The notes under the pieces were generated by a model. The model did no database searches, was not told the origin of the DNA, and was given only the letters and a program-made list of their open reading frames with translations. 64,000 nt of DNA from the IMG/VR virus record IMGVR_UViG_3300031853_000003, positions 32,001-96,000 of that record; one strand, given 5' to 3'. Below are positions 30,391-40,228 of the stretch, piece after piece. The translations under genes were made by a program, and so were the position numbers. Within the stretch, counting starts at the first letter, position 1. Every line of letters starts with the position of its first letter. This stretch comes from a virus. Taxonomy: Duplodnaviria; Caudoviricetes.

Positions 30391-30830
30391 ATAACACCGC
30401 CGCCGAAGAGACGCCGGCCATCATCCTCCGCTCGTTGCCATCGCGGAGGCCTTCTTTCAGCTGGCAGTAGGTCGCGGATAGTAACATACTGTCAAACAGT
30501 TCTTTGTATTCTTCGTAGCCTGAGAATATTGTGTTACACGCCGGGCGTGATCGTTGCCCCGCATCAAATTACCGCGAAGACGTTGCGGCGGTGTTATTAC
30601 GCAAATTAACTGCCAGCATTTGGCCAGATCAGGCCTCCTAGAGAGCTGGTGAATCTGCTAGAGAGATTTTGCAAGTGGAGACAAATGTCGTAGAAGCGGC
30701 TCAATGAACCTAGCGGACAGGCAGATTACATCGGTGCAGTTGCTGCCATACTTTAACAACTACCTCATTGGTTCTCTGAAAATAATAGGCGAACAGCGTC
30801 TGGGCAACTGCTCAGGCGCTGTTTGTTATA
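30391..30830 (+). ncRNA. candidate large structured non-coding RNA (family unidentified)
   Basis: ORF-free GC-rich spacer; TCGTTA motif just upstream; 13-bp perfect pairing 30391-30403/30585-30597; several more stems; terminal 14-bp hairpin. Confidence 0.6.
30792..30830 (+). terminator. hairpin closing the ncRNA candidate
   Basis: AACAGCGTCTGGGC-aact-GCTCAGGCGCTGTT (two G-U pairs) followed by TGTTAT. Confidence 0.6.
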
Positions 30831-30872
30831 GCACCTTTAATAACATTAAACACTATGTATGGAGGTAACTGA

Positions 30873-32135
30873 ATGAAGTTTTCTGATATTTCGGTTCCTG
30901 AGATATACAAGTCAAGCGCAGATTTCAGATTCTTCCTAAGGTGGTTCTCTGAATCTCTGCATCGAATAAAGTACGATACAGAGAATATGTTTGATTTGTA
31001 TGATCCGCTACGCTGTCCGTCTAAACTACTCTGGATGCTTGCAGATAGTATGGGCTTCAAGTATGATGACCGGTTGTCAACAGCCTTCAATCGACTTGTA
31101 CTTGTCTACTTCATGTCGATGATTCGCAACAAGGGTAGCAAGGACGGTGTGACGCTTGCAGCTGAGATCAATCTTGCACAGTTCAAACTACAGCAGCTTT
31201 CGTCTGAGTATTCCACTGACAGTGAGTTCGACAACGACAAAGAAGATTGGATGCAAGATAGCTATCATGACGATATCTTAGATGATCGTCTTGAGGATAC
31301 GTCTATCCCTGTAAATTCTGTATACGTCACCCCTCATACATCAAAAGGATACATCGAAGTAGTTTACTTCGCTGATAGAGTCCCTACAGACGCGTGTATA
31401 GAATACGTCAGACCGCTTGGAATGTATATGTTCCAGTACGCAGGTGTAAGATACGACTCCAGAACAAAGATATCTATCGATGCTCGACTGACAAATGAAA
31501 GAGATGTAGGCGTATCCATCGGACCTACTCATGTCGGACACTACAGACGTGACGATTATGCACGTATGCAGAGACTCAATGAAGGTACAGAGCCGAATAC
31601 ATTGAGAGCAAGAGCTGTAAACAGAAATGATGTGTACGATCCTACTAACTACAGAGGACACGTCAAGACTCCTAATGCGCCTTATGGTAAGACAGCATTG
31701 TCGAATGATCCACGTCATCCTGTGTATTATAGAAATTCTCAGATTGAGGGTCAGCCTAACGACTATGTCAATCCAGGATACCGAGCTCTCTATTCATTGC
31801 AGTTGTGTAACAACGAGCATATCATCAAATCACTCATTCCAAAGATATTCAGTATCGGCTATGGTCCGCAAGACGTTGAAGTCTCAACGTATTATCCTGA
31901 TAACTATCTCGATGTTCCTGACCAGCCGCCGTACAACTTAAGATACCATCGTGACGCAGAGATGTCAATCACACCGAACGAAACTGGTGTAGCTGATGCA
32001 GATCCTGATGTATACACCATTGAGGACGATCGTACTCGTGGAGTTACATCGCCCAGACCTGCTGTCAATCCGATTATGGGTACAATTGGTGACGCTATAT
32101 CTCTTGCAGAAGATGAATGGAAGCAGGGAAGCTAA
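30873..32135 (+). CDS. baseplate/tail protein (P2 gpI / gp7-like)
   Basis: DPLRCP..LLWMLADSMGF...RNKGSKDGV; ACCTTTAATA at 30833. Confidence 0.65.
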   Translation: MKFSDISVPEIYKSSADFRFFLRWFSESLHRIKYDTENMFDLYDPLRCPSKLLWMLADSMGFKYDDRLSTAFNRLVLVYFMSMIRNKGSKDGVTLAAEINLAQFKLQQLSSEYSTDSEFDNDKEDWMQDSYHDDILDDRLEDTSIPVNSVYVTPHTSKGYIEVVYFADRVPTDACIEYVRPLGMYMFQYAGVRYDSRTKISIDARLTNERDVGVSIGPTHVGHYRRDDYARMQRLNEGTEPNTLRARAVNRNDVYDPTNYRGHVKTPNAPYGKTALSNDPRHPVYYRNSQIEGQPNDYVNPGYRALYSLQLCNNEHIIKSLIPKIFSIGYGPQDVEVSTYYPDNYLDVPDQPPYNLRYHRDAEMSITPNETGVADADPDVYTIEDDRTRGVTSPRPAVNPIMGTIGDAISLAEDEWKQGS

Positions 32136-32794
32136 TGATACAAAGATACACAAAAGTAGATTTCAGTAGGAATCTCATCAATCTACTGAACGGCGTTTAC
32201 AATGTGTCAAATGACAACTATGAATATGAGCTTGTAATCAGCAACAATCATATACAGGTTCATGGATCTGTCAAAACTGTTGGCACATTCATATCACGAA
32301 TACCAGTTGCGGTACAGCCACCATTGTATAAGAATGTATGGTACACTTTCTCTGCTCAGAATATTGTATCTGAGGGAGAAAGTAGAGGACTTACTTCACT
32401 TTACTGTTCGCAGATGAGCGGTAGCAAGTATTGGGGCGGACGTCTTCCACTTATCGGTAGTGGTGTTACAGACGGAGTATCGGTCAAGTCCTCAATTGGT
32501 TTCTGCGATAGATATGTTGCGGACGGCGGAAGATATGTTCCAAATACTGCAACCGCCTGGTCTTTATATCTGTACATGGTAGGTAGTGGCACACAGGGGC
32601 TTGCTTTCAATCTATCATTTGACCTGATGTTAGATCTGGGACATACTGCTACAGAGTTCGAACCATACGACAAGACCAAATCTGTATACATCACACGAAC
32701 AATGCTGTTGTATCCTGCAACAGATCTATTCCCGTCTACAGAGCTGTTCCCAGTAGATCCAAAATATGGTCTTCAGATCAGAGAAGAACACTGA
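32135..32794 (+). CDS. putative tail fibre / receptor-binding accessory protein
   Basis: RNLIN..., ATEFEPY, LYPATDLFPSTELFP motifs seen in fibre proteins. Confidence 0.45.
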   Translation: MIQRYTKVDFSRNLINLLNGVYNVSNDNYEYELVISNNHIQVHGSVKTVGTFISRIPVAVQPPLYKNVWYTFSAQNIVSEGESRGLTSLYCSQMSGSKYWGGRLPLIGSGVTDGVSVKSSIGFCDRYVADGGRYVPNTATAWSLYLYMVGSGTQGLAFNLSFDLMLDLGHTATEFEPYDKTKSVYITRTMLLYPATDLFPSTELFPVDPKYGLQIREEH

Positions 32795-32832
32795 TTACTA
32801 CCTTTTATACTCATGTATACATGAAGTAAGGA

Positions 32833-33108
32833 GTGATTGTGATGCCTGCAAATCGTCCATTGGTAGGTCAAGGTAAAGCTGTGATCGCAGATGAATATGA
32901 ACTTGAAAAAGACGCAGCAGGATTTACACATCCTAATCTGCACAGACGAATAGTAGACGATCCACTCCTGGAACCTGATGGTGTTGTTAGCAAGTCATAT
33001 GAATTAGAAATTCAAGGACTTGATTCATATAGAGCTGTTCATACAGCATATCACAATGAAGAAGAAACAAATGCTGATGGATCGCCTAACGAAGATGAAA
33101 CCCCGTAG
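32833..33108 (+). CDS. hypothetical late protein
   Basis: ACCTTTTATA at 32800; AAGGAG SD. Confidence 0.55.
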   Translation: MIVMPANRPLVGQGKAVIADEYELEKDAAGFTHPNLHRRIVDDPLLEPDGVVSKSYELEIQGLDSYRAVHTAYHNEEETNADGSPNEDETP

Positions 33109-33119
33109 GAGGTAAAATA

Positions 33120-34067
33120 ATGAAAGTTCTAAGACGCAGCATTACAGCTGCAGAAGATGATTACATAAGAATTGGTAACAGACTCTATCCGAAGAACGCG
33201 ATGGACTATCCTGAGGGCATGACTGCTGATCAGATTTCTCGAGAAGCTACCAGACGTCGTAACGCAGAGATTGAGCAAGAGAAAGCTGATGCCCGTTCTG
33301 CTGAACTTGCTGCAAAAGCTGAACCGCTTAAACAGGCCATTGCAGATAGAATCGACAACGGAGAAGATCCGCTTGAAGCATATTTCGCCGAACTTGTACC
33401 AGATCGTGGAATTGCTGATACCGTAGCCGGTGAAATCACAAGAGCTGCTATGAGAATACTTTACCGTGATTACAATGACGGTGACAGATTCTTTTCTGGA
33501 TACGGTCTTGAAACTTGCGGAAGTTCTGCTGAGTATCTCATCAATCAGATTGGTGATGAGATGTACGATGTGATGGAGGATATTGCATGTAGAGATCTAG
33601 ACGGAAACGAATATACACGTGCAATTAACTCTATGGCATCAGATGTAGTAAACTATCTTGATACACACCCAGAATTACTTGCAACTGAGAACACAGAGGA
33701 CTCTCGAGAAGGTAGTTGCCCTACTATCAAAGAGTGGGAACCTAAATATGACGAAAGCTGGTTGATTCCTGACAGCATCCAGGAACATATCAATAGAGGG
33801 GACATCGATGATACAGAATTCCAGTGGGAAGTAGAAAGCTGGCTGAACAATCAAGATGACGCTCGTGTTGATATCTACGGAGATACAATTGAATTAAGCG
33901 AGATGAATGAGGATACATACTCCGATCTTGTTACCTACGGTGGATTCTCACGTGAACTCGAGTCCTACGCAGAATCACTGGATGAAGAGTACGGCGATCC
34001 TTGGGGAGACGAGGACGAACTCGATGAAGAATACGATGAGGTAGAAGAGTCTACATCGATTAGATGA
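33120..34067 (+). CDS. acidic putative internal head protein
   Basis: MKVLRRSITAAEDD leader; very acidic. Confidence 0.55.
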   Translation: MKVLRRSITAAEDDYIRIGNRLYPKNAMDYPEGMTADQISREATRRRNAEIEQEKADARSAELAAKAEPLKQAIADRIDNGEDPLEAYFAELVPDRGIADTVAGEITRAAMRILYRDYNDGDRFFSGYGLETCGSSAEYLINQIGDEMYDVMEDIACRDLDGNEYTRAINSMASDVVNYLDTHPELLATENTEDSREGSCPTIKEWEPKYDESWLIPDSIQEHINRGDIDDTEFQWEVESWLNNQDDARVDIYGDTIELSEMNEDTYSDLVTYGGFSRELESYAESLDEEYGDPWGDEDELDEEYDEVEESTSIR

Positions 34068-34075
34068 GGTGTTGA

Positions 34076-35041
34076 TTGATGAACAAACTAACAGCTAAAC
34101 GAAACTTAGGTCTTGTTCACAACGTAACTATCAACGTCATTGATGAAGCCACTCAGAAAATAGTATTCTCTCATTCAGGTCATAACAACGCCACCAACGG
34201 TATGCTAACTGGAATAGGATATTATCTTACAGGACAAGGTGTGCTGAATCAAGGCAGCGCACTTTTGTCGCAATTTGTGCCTAAGTACATATCGCTCGGT
34301 ACAATGGGCTTGAAGTCGCAGACACCTATCAACTTCAACGGGTACAAAGCACCGCATATCGGTGTAATGGATCATTCTACCCAGACATACGCTCAGCTCT
34401 CTGCTGAAGATCTTGCATATCTTGGAGTATCTAGCAGCTCATCCAGAATCACAGTACAACATCAGCAGATGCTTGATTACAGAGATTACATGAAGCAAGT
34501 TCCTGGATTTGGTGCTGACGGATATGACGTAAACAGCAACAACGGTAGGGCATATATGGGTATCGGCAGACGTTATCCTGACAGACCTTCTAGCGACGCA
34601 GTCAATTGTGAGCTGATTGCTGATACATTTCCTAGGGCAACTATTTCATTCCGGGATGTAGTTCCTGAAATTGAAGCAGAGTTTGCAGAGACAATTGACG
34701 TTGTATTCAGTGCAATGATATCAACAGGTGCGCTTGCAAAATTTCGAGGCGATAACGACTGTATATACATAACAGAAGCCGGTCTTTGGTCAATGCCTAA
34801 TTGGTTGACTGATGAAACTGGTGCATATGATTATACAGGATACAACGGACTACTCGCAGGATACAGAATAGTTCCATCAGATTATAAGAAATGGGACATG
34901 AGCAAAGCTGAAAATCGTGATGCTCTTAATCGCAGTATTCTACGAGTAGGCAAGAACCAGGTTGTACAAGTTGTTTGGAAGATCCAGATCGGCAGCATTC
35001 GACAGCTGACTGGTCGTGAAGAAATAAGTGAGTTACAGTAG
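34076..35041 (+). CDS. baseplate/tail structural protein
   Basis: HNNATNG..., YISLG, ITEAGLW..., VVW.IQ pattern of fibre-attachment proteins. Confidence 0.5.
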   Translation: MMNKLTAKRNLGLVHNVTINVIDEATQKIVFSHSGHNNATNGMLTGIGYYLTGQGVLNQGSALLSQFVPKYISLGTMGLKSQTPINFNGYKAPHIGVMDHSTQTYAQLSAEDLAYLGVSSSSSRITVQHQQMLDYRDYMKQVPGFGADGYDVNSNNGRAYMGIGRRYPDRPSSDAVNCELIADTFPRATISFRDVVPEIEAEFAETIDVVFSAMISTGALAKFRGDNDCIYITEAGLWSMPNWLTDETGAYDYTGYNGLLAGYRIVPSDYKKWDMSKAENRDALNRSILRVGKNQVVQVVWKIQIGSIRQLTGREEISELQ

Positions 35042-35055
35042 TGAGGTGACATTAG

Positions 35056-35427
35056 ATGGCAAGAGAAGAAATAGTATTCACTTCAGGAGCATTGCTTGAT
35101 TTGCTTTCTCAGATAGATGAGTTAGCTGATAAATCTATTGCCCTCGGTACAGCTGATGGCGAAGTTCCTGAACTATATATAGATAACACGACATACCGGT
35201 TGAGCAACGCTGGTATTGAGGATGTACAAGTTGATTCATCTGCAGTCAGAGATGTTGCTTCACTAAGTCGTGAAGTTCTTGATGAGGTTGACAGTCGCCA
35301 GGAACCTTTAGTGGAAGACGGAGATGCTGAAAATCTCGAACCTGTTGAATCAGGAATAATCAAACAAGCTGTTAAGACGTTACTCATAGGCGGACTTGTC
35401 CGACTTACAAGTAAACTTCTTAAATAG
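35056..35427 (+). CDS. hypothetical head-associated protein
   Basis: Immediately upstream of the protease; acidic. Confidence 0.5.
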   Translation: MAREEIVFTSGALLDLLSQIDELADKSIALGTADGEVPELYIDNTTYRLSNAGIEDVQVDSSAVRDVASLSREVLDEVDSRQEPLVEDGDAENLEPVESGIIKQAVKTLLIGGLVRLTSKLLK

Positions 35428-35438
35428 GAGGTACGCAG

Positions 35439-36830
35439 ATGAATAGGAAAAAAGTAACTGCTGCAGCAGCCACAAGTTCTATCTTAGGAACATATGAAGG
35501 CGAATGCGCAGATGCTAATATCACCAACCTGAACGGTCTAGATATAACCAGACCTGTTTGGGAAGCAGTATTCGACTCAGACGAATACAAGCGTGCTATC
35601 GAGATGGGCTGGTACATAGGATTCTTAGGTCACCCAGAGGATCCGAATTGTATGGACTTCGAACACGCCTGTATAGTTATGACGGATGGATACATCGACG
35701 ATGACGGAAAGGTCTACGGTAAGTTCAATCTCATTGATACTCCAGTAGGCCGTGTCGTCAAAGCATTTCAGGACGCAGGTGTAACCTTCGGCATATCAGT
35801 AAGAGGTGCAGGAGATATCATCGACAACTCAGTTGACCCCGAAACATTTGTATTCAGAGGATTTGACCTAGTGTCGTTCCCTGCCTTCCCTGAATCAATT
35901 CCGACATTCACTCAGGTAGCTGCTTCTACTGATGCATTGCAGAGAAAGAAGTATCAAAAGGTATGTGCTGCAGTTAGTGCGGAACTTCCGAAGATAACAA
36001 TGGGGGAGACCCTCGACATTCTTCAATCTCAGTTTGCAAAGCAGTCTGATGAATACAGTGCTATTGAAGCACATAAACACGAAGTATGTCCCGACTGTGA
36101 CGAATGCAGCGATGAAGAGTGTGCAGACGGTATCACAGATCTCGCAGATCAAAAGATAAACGCAATGACTACTCTTTACATTGAGGCCATTGAAGCTAAC
36201 AAGAAGATTTCAAGGAGCGTAGAATCATTACGTCGTCAGCTGGCCACTACTCAATCAAGTTGTAAGCGAAAAGTTGCAAGCATTGAAAGAATTGTATCAG
36301 CACAAGAGTCTGATATGCGTTCTGAGATGTCGAAAAAAGACGAAGTAATCGCTTCGTTGAGGTCCTCTAACAAGCGATTAGTAACGTCGAATTCACAACT
36401 TCGAGAATACAACCTTAAATATAAACAGAATATCGCCGCAAGCGAATCTAGAATCCGTTCCCAGAAAGATACTATTTCCCAGCTTAATTCTAAGCTCAGC
36501 GAAACTGTCACTGCTGCAAAGAATATGAAGACGGGAACATCTAACTTGGATGCAGAGAATAGACAGCTCAGGAAGAGGATTGAAGCCTGCGAGAAAATCA
36601 TCGAAGGCTATCAAGATTCGCACGCACGCATCTTTGCACATGCGATAGGCGCCGATATTGATCACCTAGATGTAACTGCTGAAACAACAGTCGAGCAACT
36701 CGAAAAGATGATTTCAAGTAGCACATCTACTGCCAACATGTCTGCTGCTTTCACAGAGCCTACTCCGCTAGAACTTGCGGATGATGAAGACGAGTACGAA
36801 AGCTACATACATGATATCGTTTCAACCTAA
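35439..36830 (+). CDS. prohead maturation protease (T4 gp21-like) fused to a coiled-coil scaffold-like region
   Basis: N.NG..., GFLGHP (His), DTPVG, GISVRGAG (Ser), FDLVSFPA; long C-terminal coiled coil. Confidence 0.85.
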   Translation: MNRKKVTAAAATSSILGTYEGECADANITNLNGLDITRPVWEAVFDSDEYKRAIEMGWYIGFLGHPEDPNCMDFEHACIVMTDGYIDDDGKVYGKFNLIDTPVGRVVKAFQDAGVTFGISVRGAGDIIDNSVDPETFVFRGFDLVSFPAFPESIPTFTQVAASTDALQRKKYQKVCAAVSAELPKITMGETLDILQSQFAKQSDEYSAIEAHKHEVCPDCDECSDEECADGITDLADQKINAMTTLYIEAIEANKKISRSVESLRRQLATTQSSCKRKVASIERIVSAQESDMRSEMSKKDEVIASLRSSNKRLVTSNSQLREYNLKYKQNIAASESRIRSQKDTISQLNSKLSETVTAAKNMKTGTSNLDAENRQLRKRIEACEKIIEGYQDSHARIFAHAIGADIDHLDVTAETTVEQLEKMISSSTSTANMSAAFTEPTPLELADDEDEYESYIHDIVST

Positions 36831-36876
36831 GTTTATCTTACACACAATTAAATATCAAATAGGAGCGTGTAACATT

Positions 36877-38355
36877 ATGATTACTAAGACCTCAAAGACA
36901 CGTAGAGTGTCCATCGGTAATAGAGGTACCGCAAGTAGATCCGTAATGGCCAACCAGTCTATCACTTCTGGTGTCCGCAATCGTTCAGGTCAGAAGGCTA
37001 ACCCTGCCTCCGAGAGATCGCAGGCTATCCTGGCCAGCCTTACTCCTGAGAAGAGACGTTTTGCTAAGACTCTGCAGAACACTCATCGCCAGATTGCTAA
37101 GTCCATCACCGCTGCTACCAACACCTCTAACATCATGGCAAGACCTGATTTCGTCGAACTCCTGCCTCTGTTCGTTCAGAAGCTCCTGGTTCTCGATGCA
37201 TATGGTTCTGTCGCAATGAAGAGCAGATCCCAGGTTATCCCCTACTTCAAGTTCGTCGCTGAGAACACCAAGGGCGAGACTGCTGCTGGCACTGTTCTTT
37301 CTTCTCCGTTCGTCAATCGTCAGGGCGTTGACCCGAACTTCACCGGCCGCGTTATCAAGGGCGAAGGCATCGCAATTGGCGATACTTCCTACATGGGCGT
37401 TGCTTACACTCCTGTACTTCCTGGTACGGTCACCGTCCAGACCATCATCGGCGGTGTAACCACTCCTTATACCGACAACGGTATGGGCGAGCTGGTCAGT
37501 GCTGCTAACGCAGTAGTCGGTACTATCAACTACTCCGACGGTACTGTTGTTCTCGATTCTACTGCCCTCTCCGGCTTCGGTGCAAACGACATGGTTAAGG
37601 CCACTTACCAGTACGACAACGAGACTGTCGGTCCCGACGCTGCTGGTAACTACGGTGCAAAGATGGGCAAGGGCTACCTTGATCTCGACGAGTTCACCCT
37701 CAAGGCTGAAGCTCATGAAATTGCTTGCTACTGGTCGATCTTCTCCGCGTTCGCTGCTCAGCAGGAATACGGCGCTAACATCGGCGAGCTTGCTAAGGAA
37801 GCTGCTTTCGGCGAGCTGACCGCTGAGATGAATACCCTCGCATTTGCGAAGCTCCGTCAGGCTGCTGCTAAGAATCCTGTTTTCAACTGGGATGCAAGCG
37901 CAATCCTGTCCGGCTCCGTTGTTCCGAAGGATTACCTCAACATGTTCAAGCTGAAGCTGAACCAGGCTGCTGATAATATCTATCAGAGAACCCGTCTTGC
38001 TCGTGGTAACACAATCGTTGCTGGTACCAACGCAGGCGGCTACTTCAGAATGCTCGAAGGCTTCAACGGCGAGAGCGTTGCTGACGCAGTCGGTCCTTAC
38101 AAGCTCGGTACGCTTGATGGCGACTTCAACATCTTCGTTGATCCCAACTACAATCCCGATACTTGGGTACTCAGCTGCAAGTCCGACGACATCCGTCGTA
38201 ACTCCGCGCTCTTCGGCGAGTATATGCCGTTCGCTGACACCCAGGCTCTCGGTCTTGCGAATGCTTCCGTACAGCAGGGTTACGCTAACATGTACGCCAT
38301 GGAAGTTGTCAATCCTGACACTGTCGTCAGCGGCAAGATCATCGGCTTGTTCTAA
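36877..38355 (+). CDS. major capsid protein (T4 gp23-like)
   Basis: Follows the protease; LKAEAHEIACYWS..AQQEYG..ELTAEMN; RGNTIV; G.L.G..IFVDP; strong codon bias; AGGAG SD. Confidence 0.85.
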   Translation: MITKTSKTRRVSIGNRGTASRSVMANQSITSGVRNRSGQKANPASERSQAILASLTPEKRRFAKTLQNTHRQIAKSITAATNTSNIMARPDFVELLPLFVQKLLVLDAYGSVAMKSRSQVIPYFKFVAENTKGETAAGTVLSSPFVNRQGVDPNFTGRVIKGEGIAIGDTSYMGVAYTPVLPGTVTVQTIIGGVTTPYTDNGMGELVSAANAVVGTINYSDGTVVLDSTALSGFGANDMVKATYQYDNETVGPDAAGNYGAKMGKGYLDLDEFTLKAEAHEIACYWSIFSAFAAQQEYGANIGELAKEAAFGELTAEMNTLAFAKLRQAAAKNPVFNWDASAILSGSVVPKDYLNMFKLKLNQAADNIYQRTRLARGNTIVAGTNAGGYFRMLEGFNGESVADAVGPYKLGTLDGDFNIFVDPNYNPDTWVLSCKSDDIRRNSALFGEYMPFADTQALGLANASVQQGYANMYAMEVVNPDTVVSGKIIGLF

Positions 38356-38372
38356 TAGCTGTATCGTCATCT

Positions 38373-38408
38373 CACCCTTGTCGATCATGATCTTATCGGC
38401 AAGGGTGG
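38373..38408 (+). terminator. stem-loop after the major capsid gene (terminator or mRNA stabiliser)
   Basis: CACCCTTGTCGAT...ATCGGCAAGGGTG. Confidence 0.55.
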
Positions 38409-38452
38409 GACTTAACAGTTCAACAAATAAATAATATTCGGAGGAATTTAAC

Positions 38453-38989
38453 ATGGCTAGTAAGACAGTTACTATCAAGTTTGTCGGCGTTCCTGCTGAT
38501 ATCGTGAGATCAGGCCTTGACATCTTCAATTCCTGGACTCCTTCCGGCGGTTATGCTGACTCTGATCCATATGCAAATGGCCAGTACACTCTGCTCACCG
38601 CAGCTCCTGCTGACTGGGCCACCAATTACAAGAACTATTTCACAAAGTCCAACGGCGCATATGTTCCCGTAACCGGCGACTCTGCTCCCACTTTCGGCAA
38701 TGGCACCTACTATGCCGCGACTGGCAAGTCCGTATATGCTACTCACGTCGGCAAGTTCGGCGAGATCGACTCCGCTGACTTCCTTAAGGGTCTTCTGCCC
38801 ATGGCGACCAGCCCGCAGCTTATCGCCCAGTTCGAGCGTGCTATCATCTCTGCTAAGAACGCAGCTGATGCAGGCACTACTGATCAGGGCATTTCGTTCA
38901 GCATCGGCGAGGATTACAAGGAAGAGCTCTACTGGTCTCAGATCAGCAACGGCGTAAAGGCTCAGGGCTTTACCGTAACCATCGCGTAA
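38453..38989 (+). CDS. putative capsid decoration/structural protein
   Basis: Directly after the capsid gene with the same biased codon usage; APADWATNYKNYF motif. Confidence 0.5.
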   Translation: MASKTVTIKFVGVPADIVRSGLDIFNSWTPSGGYADSDPYANGQYTLLTAAPADWATNYKNYFTKSNGAYVPVTGDSAPTFGNGTYYAATGKSVYATHVGKFGEIDSADFLKGLLPMATSPQLIAQFERAIISAKNAADAGTTDQGISFSIGEDYKEELYWSQISNGVKAQGFTVTIA

Positions 38990-39026
38990 GTAATTTTTAC
39001 AGTCTAGATAGGGGGTCTAGTAGACA

Positions 39027-39737
39027 ATGAATATGTCCGAGATAGTTGATCAAGTCAGCTTTATGCTAGGCCTCCCGTCTAACAGCAATGTCGAAAATCT
39101 CGACATCAAGAGAGCTGTACTGATTGCTTTTCGTGAATTGAAACGGTACATGAAAACTCCTGTAGATAAAACAGTACCGTTTGCAACACGAATAGACCTT
39201 AAGAAGCTAGGTATCAAGCCTGTGAAGATTCTTTACGTTTATGCTTCGACACCTAGAATAGGTCTAACAATGAATTCTATTGACAGCGGCAATGTTTTCC
39301 AGGTTGCCGCATCTGTCAACACCTACAGTGCAATTGGTCAGACAAGTGCAATAAATATCGACCCTATTGTAACTGAAATGGGCATGGCTCAAGTCCGTAA
39401 TACACTATCTACTGATTTCCAGTGGAAACATGATCCGGATAACGAGGTGTTATATGTTACGCACAGAGATCCGCGCCCAACACAAGTTACAATTCGATAT
39501 GTACCTGACTACCAAGATGTTTCTGAAATCAAGAGTCCTACATGGATTGATTATCTTATTCGCCTGAGTGAGGCAAACATGAAGAAGGCTCTTGGTCGTT
39601 CTCGTTCCAAGTACACAATAGAGGGTTCTAACGTGTCACTTGACGGTGATGTACTTCTGCAGGAAGCTAATTCAGAGTTAGAAACAATACGTGCTGAACT
39701 GGAAGCTAAGAAGAGTAAATTAGTTGTCCTGAACTAA
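39027..39737 (+). CDS. neck/head-tail adaptor protein (gp13-like)
   Basis: WIDYL...K.ALGRSRSKY..G.NVSLDGD.LLQEA..E. Confidence 0.7.
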   Translation: MNMSEIVDQVSFMLGLPSNSNVENLDIKRAVLIAFRELKRYMKTPVDKTVPFATRIDLKKLGIKPVKILYVYASTPRIGLTMNSIDSGNVFQVAASVNTYSAIGQTSAINIDPIVTEMGMAQVRNTLSTDFQWKHDPDNEVLYVTHRDPRPTQVTIRYVPDYQDVSEIKSPTWIDYLIRLSEANMKKALGRSRSKYTIEGSNVSLDGDVLLQEANSELETIRAELEAKKSKLVVLN

Positions 39738-39787
39738 TTTAATATAAATCGATTTACATTAAATAACACGTAAAGGAGAATTGACAC

Positions 39788-40156
39788 ATGTTCATTCAGA
39801 GAAAGAGAATCGTAGCTGACGAAGAGCTTGATACTACTCCCGTTGCTACTGCTGATGTTGATCCTGAGGCTACTGACCTGCTGTTCGAGGCAGAGGACGT
39901 TGCCGAGCTCGTTGCCGAAGTTACCGGCGAGCCTGTTGAAGTTACCGTAGAAGACGATTCCGTCAAGTTCGCTGTCGGCGACGACGAGTTCCTGGTTGAG
40001 CCGGAAGGCGACGAGGAGATCCTCGAGGCTGTGAGACTGCCCCGCAAGAAGAAGGCTGTTGCCGCTTCTACTCGTAGACCTGCAAGACGCCCCGCTCCCG
40101 CGAAGAAGCCTGTGAAGAGCTCACGCACCATCCGCAAGGCTCCCGCGAGCAAGTAA
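39788..40156 (+). CDS. acidic/basic putative internal head protein
   Basis: MFIQRKRIVADEE leader, acidic core, basic tail. Confidence 0.55.
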   Translation: MFIQRKRIVADEELDTTPVATADVDPEATDLLFEAEDVAELVAEVTGEPVEVTVEDDSVKFAVGDDEFLVEPEGDEEILEAVRLPRKKKAVAASTRRPARRPAPAKKPVKSSRTIRKAPASK

Positions 40157-40179
40157 TTACCTTGTATATCAATACAGTG

Positions 40180-40214
40180 AAGCCCTTAGCTGATGCTGAG
40201 GGCTTCTAATTTTA
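40180..40214 (+). terminator. terminator-like hairpin
   Basis: AAGCCCTTAGC-tgat-GCTGAGGGCTT followed by an AT/T-rich tract. Confidence 0.5.
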
Positions 40215-40228
40215 TCAGGAGGTAGCCG

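Noticed and set aside
30391-30597. Retron msr-msd or DGR element, suggested by the 13-bp inverted repeat
   Set aside because: No reverse transcriptase and no template/variable repeat pair in the window; kept only as an unassigned ncRNA.
30368-30872. tRNA, tmRNA, RNase P or self-splicing intron
   Set aside because: No T-loop GTTCRA/CCA end, no tmRNA termini, no RNase P or group I/II consensus seen; the flanking genes are complete.
36985-38529. 514-aa minus-strand ORF
   Set aside because: Exactly antisense to the major capsid gene; explained by its strong codon bias; no SD or recognisable motifs.
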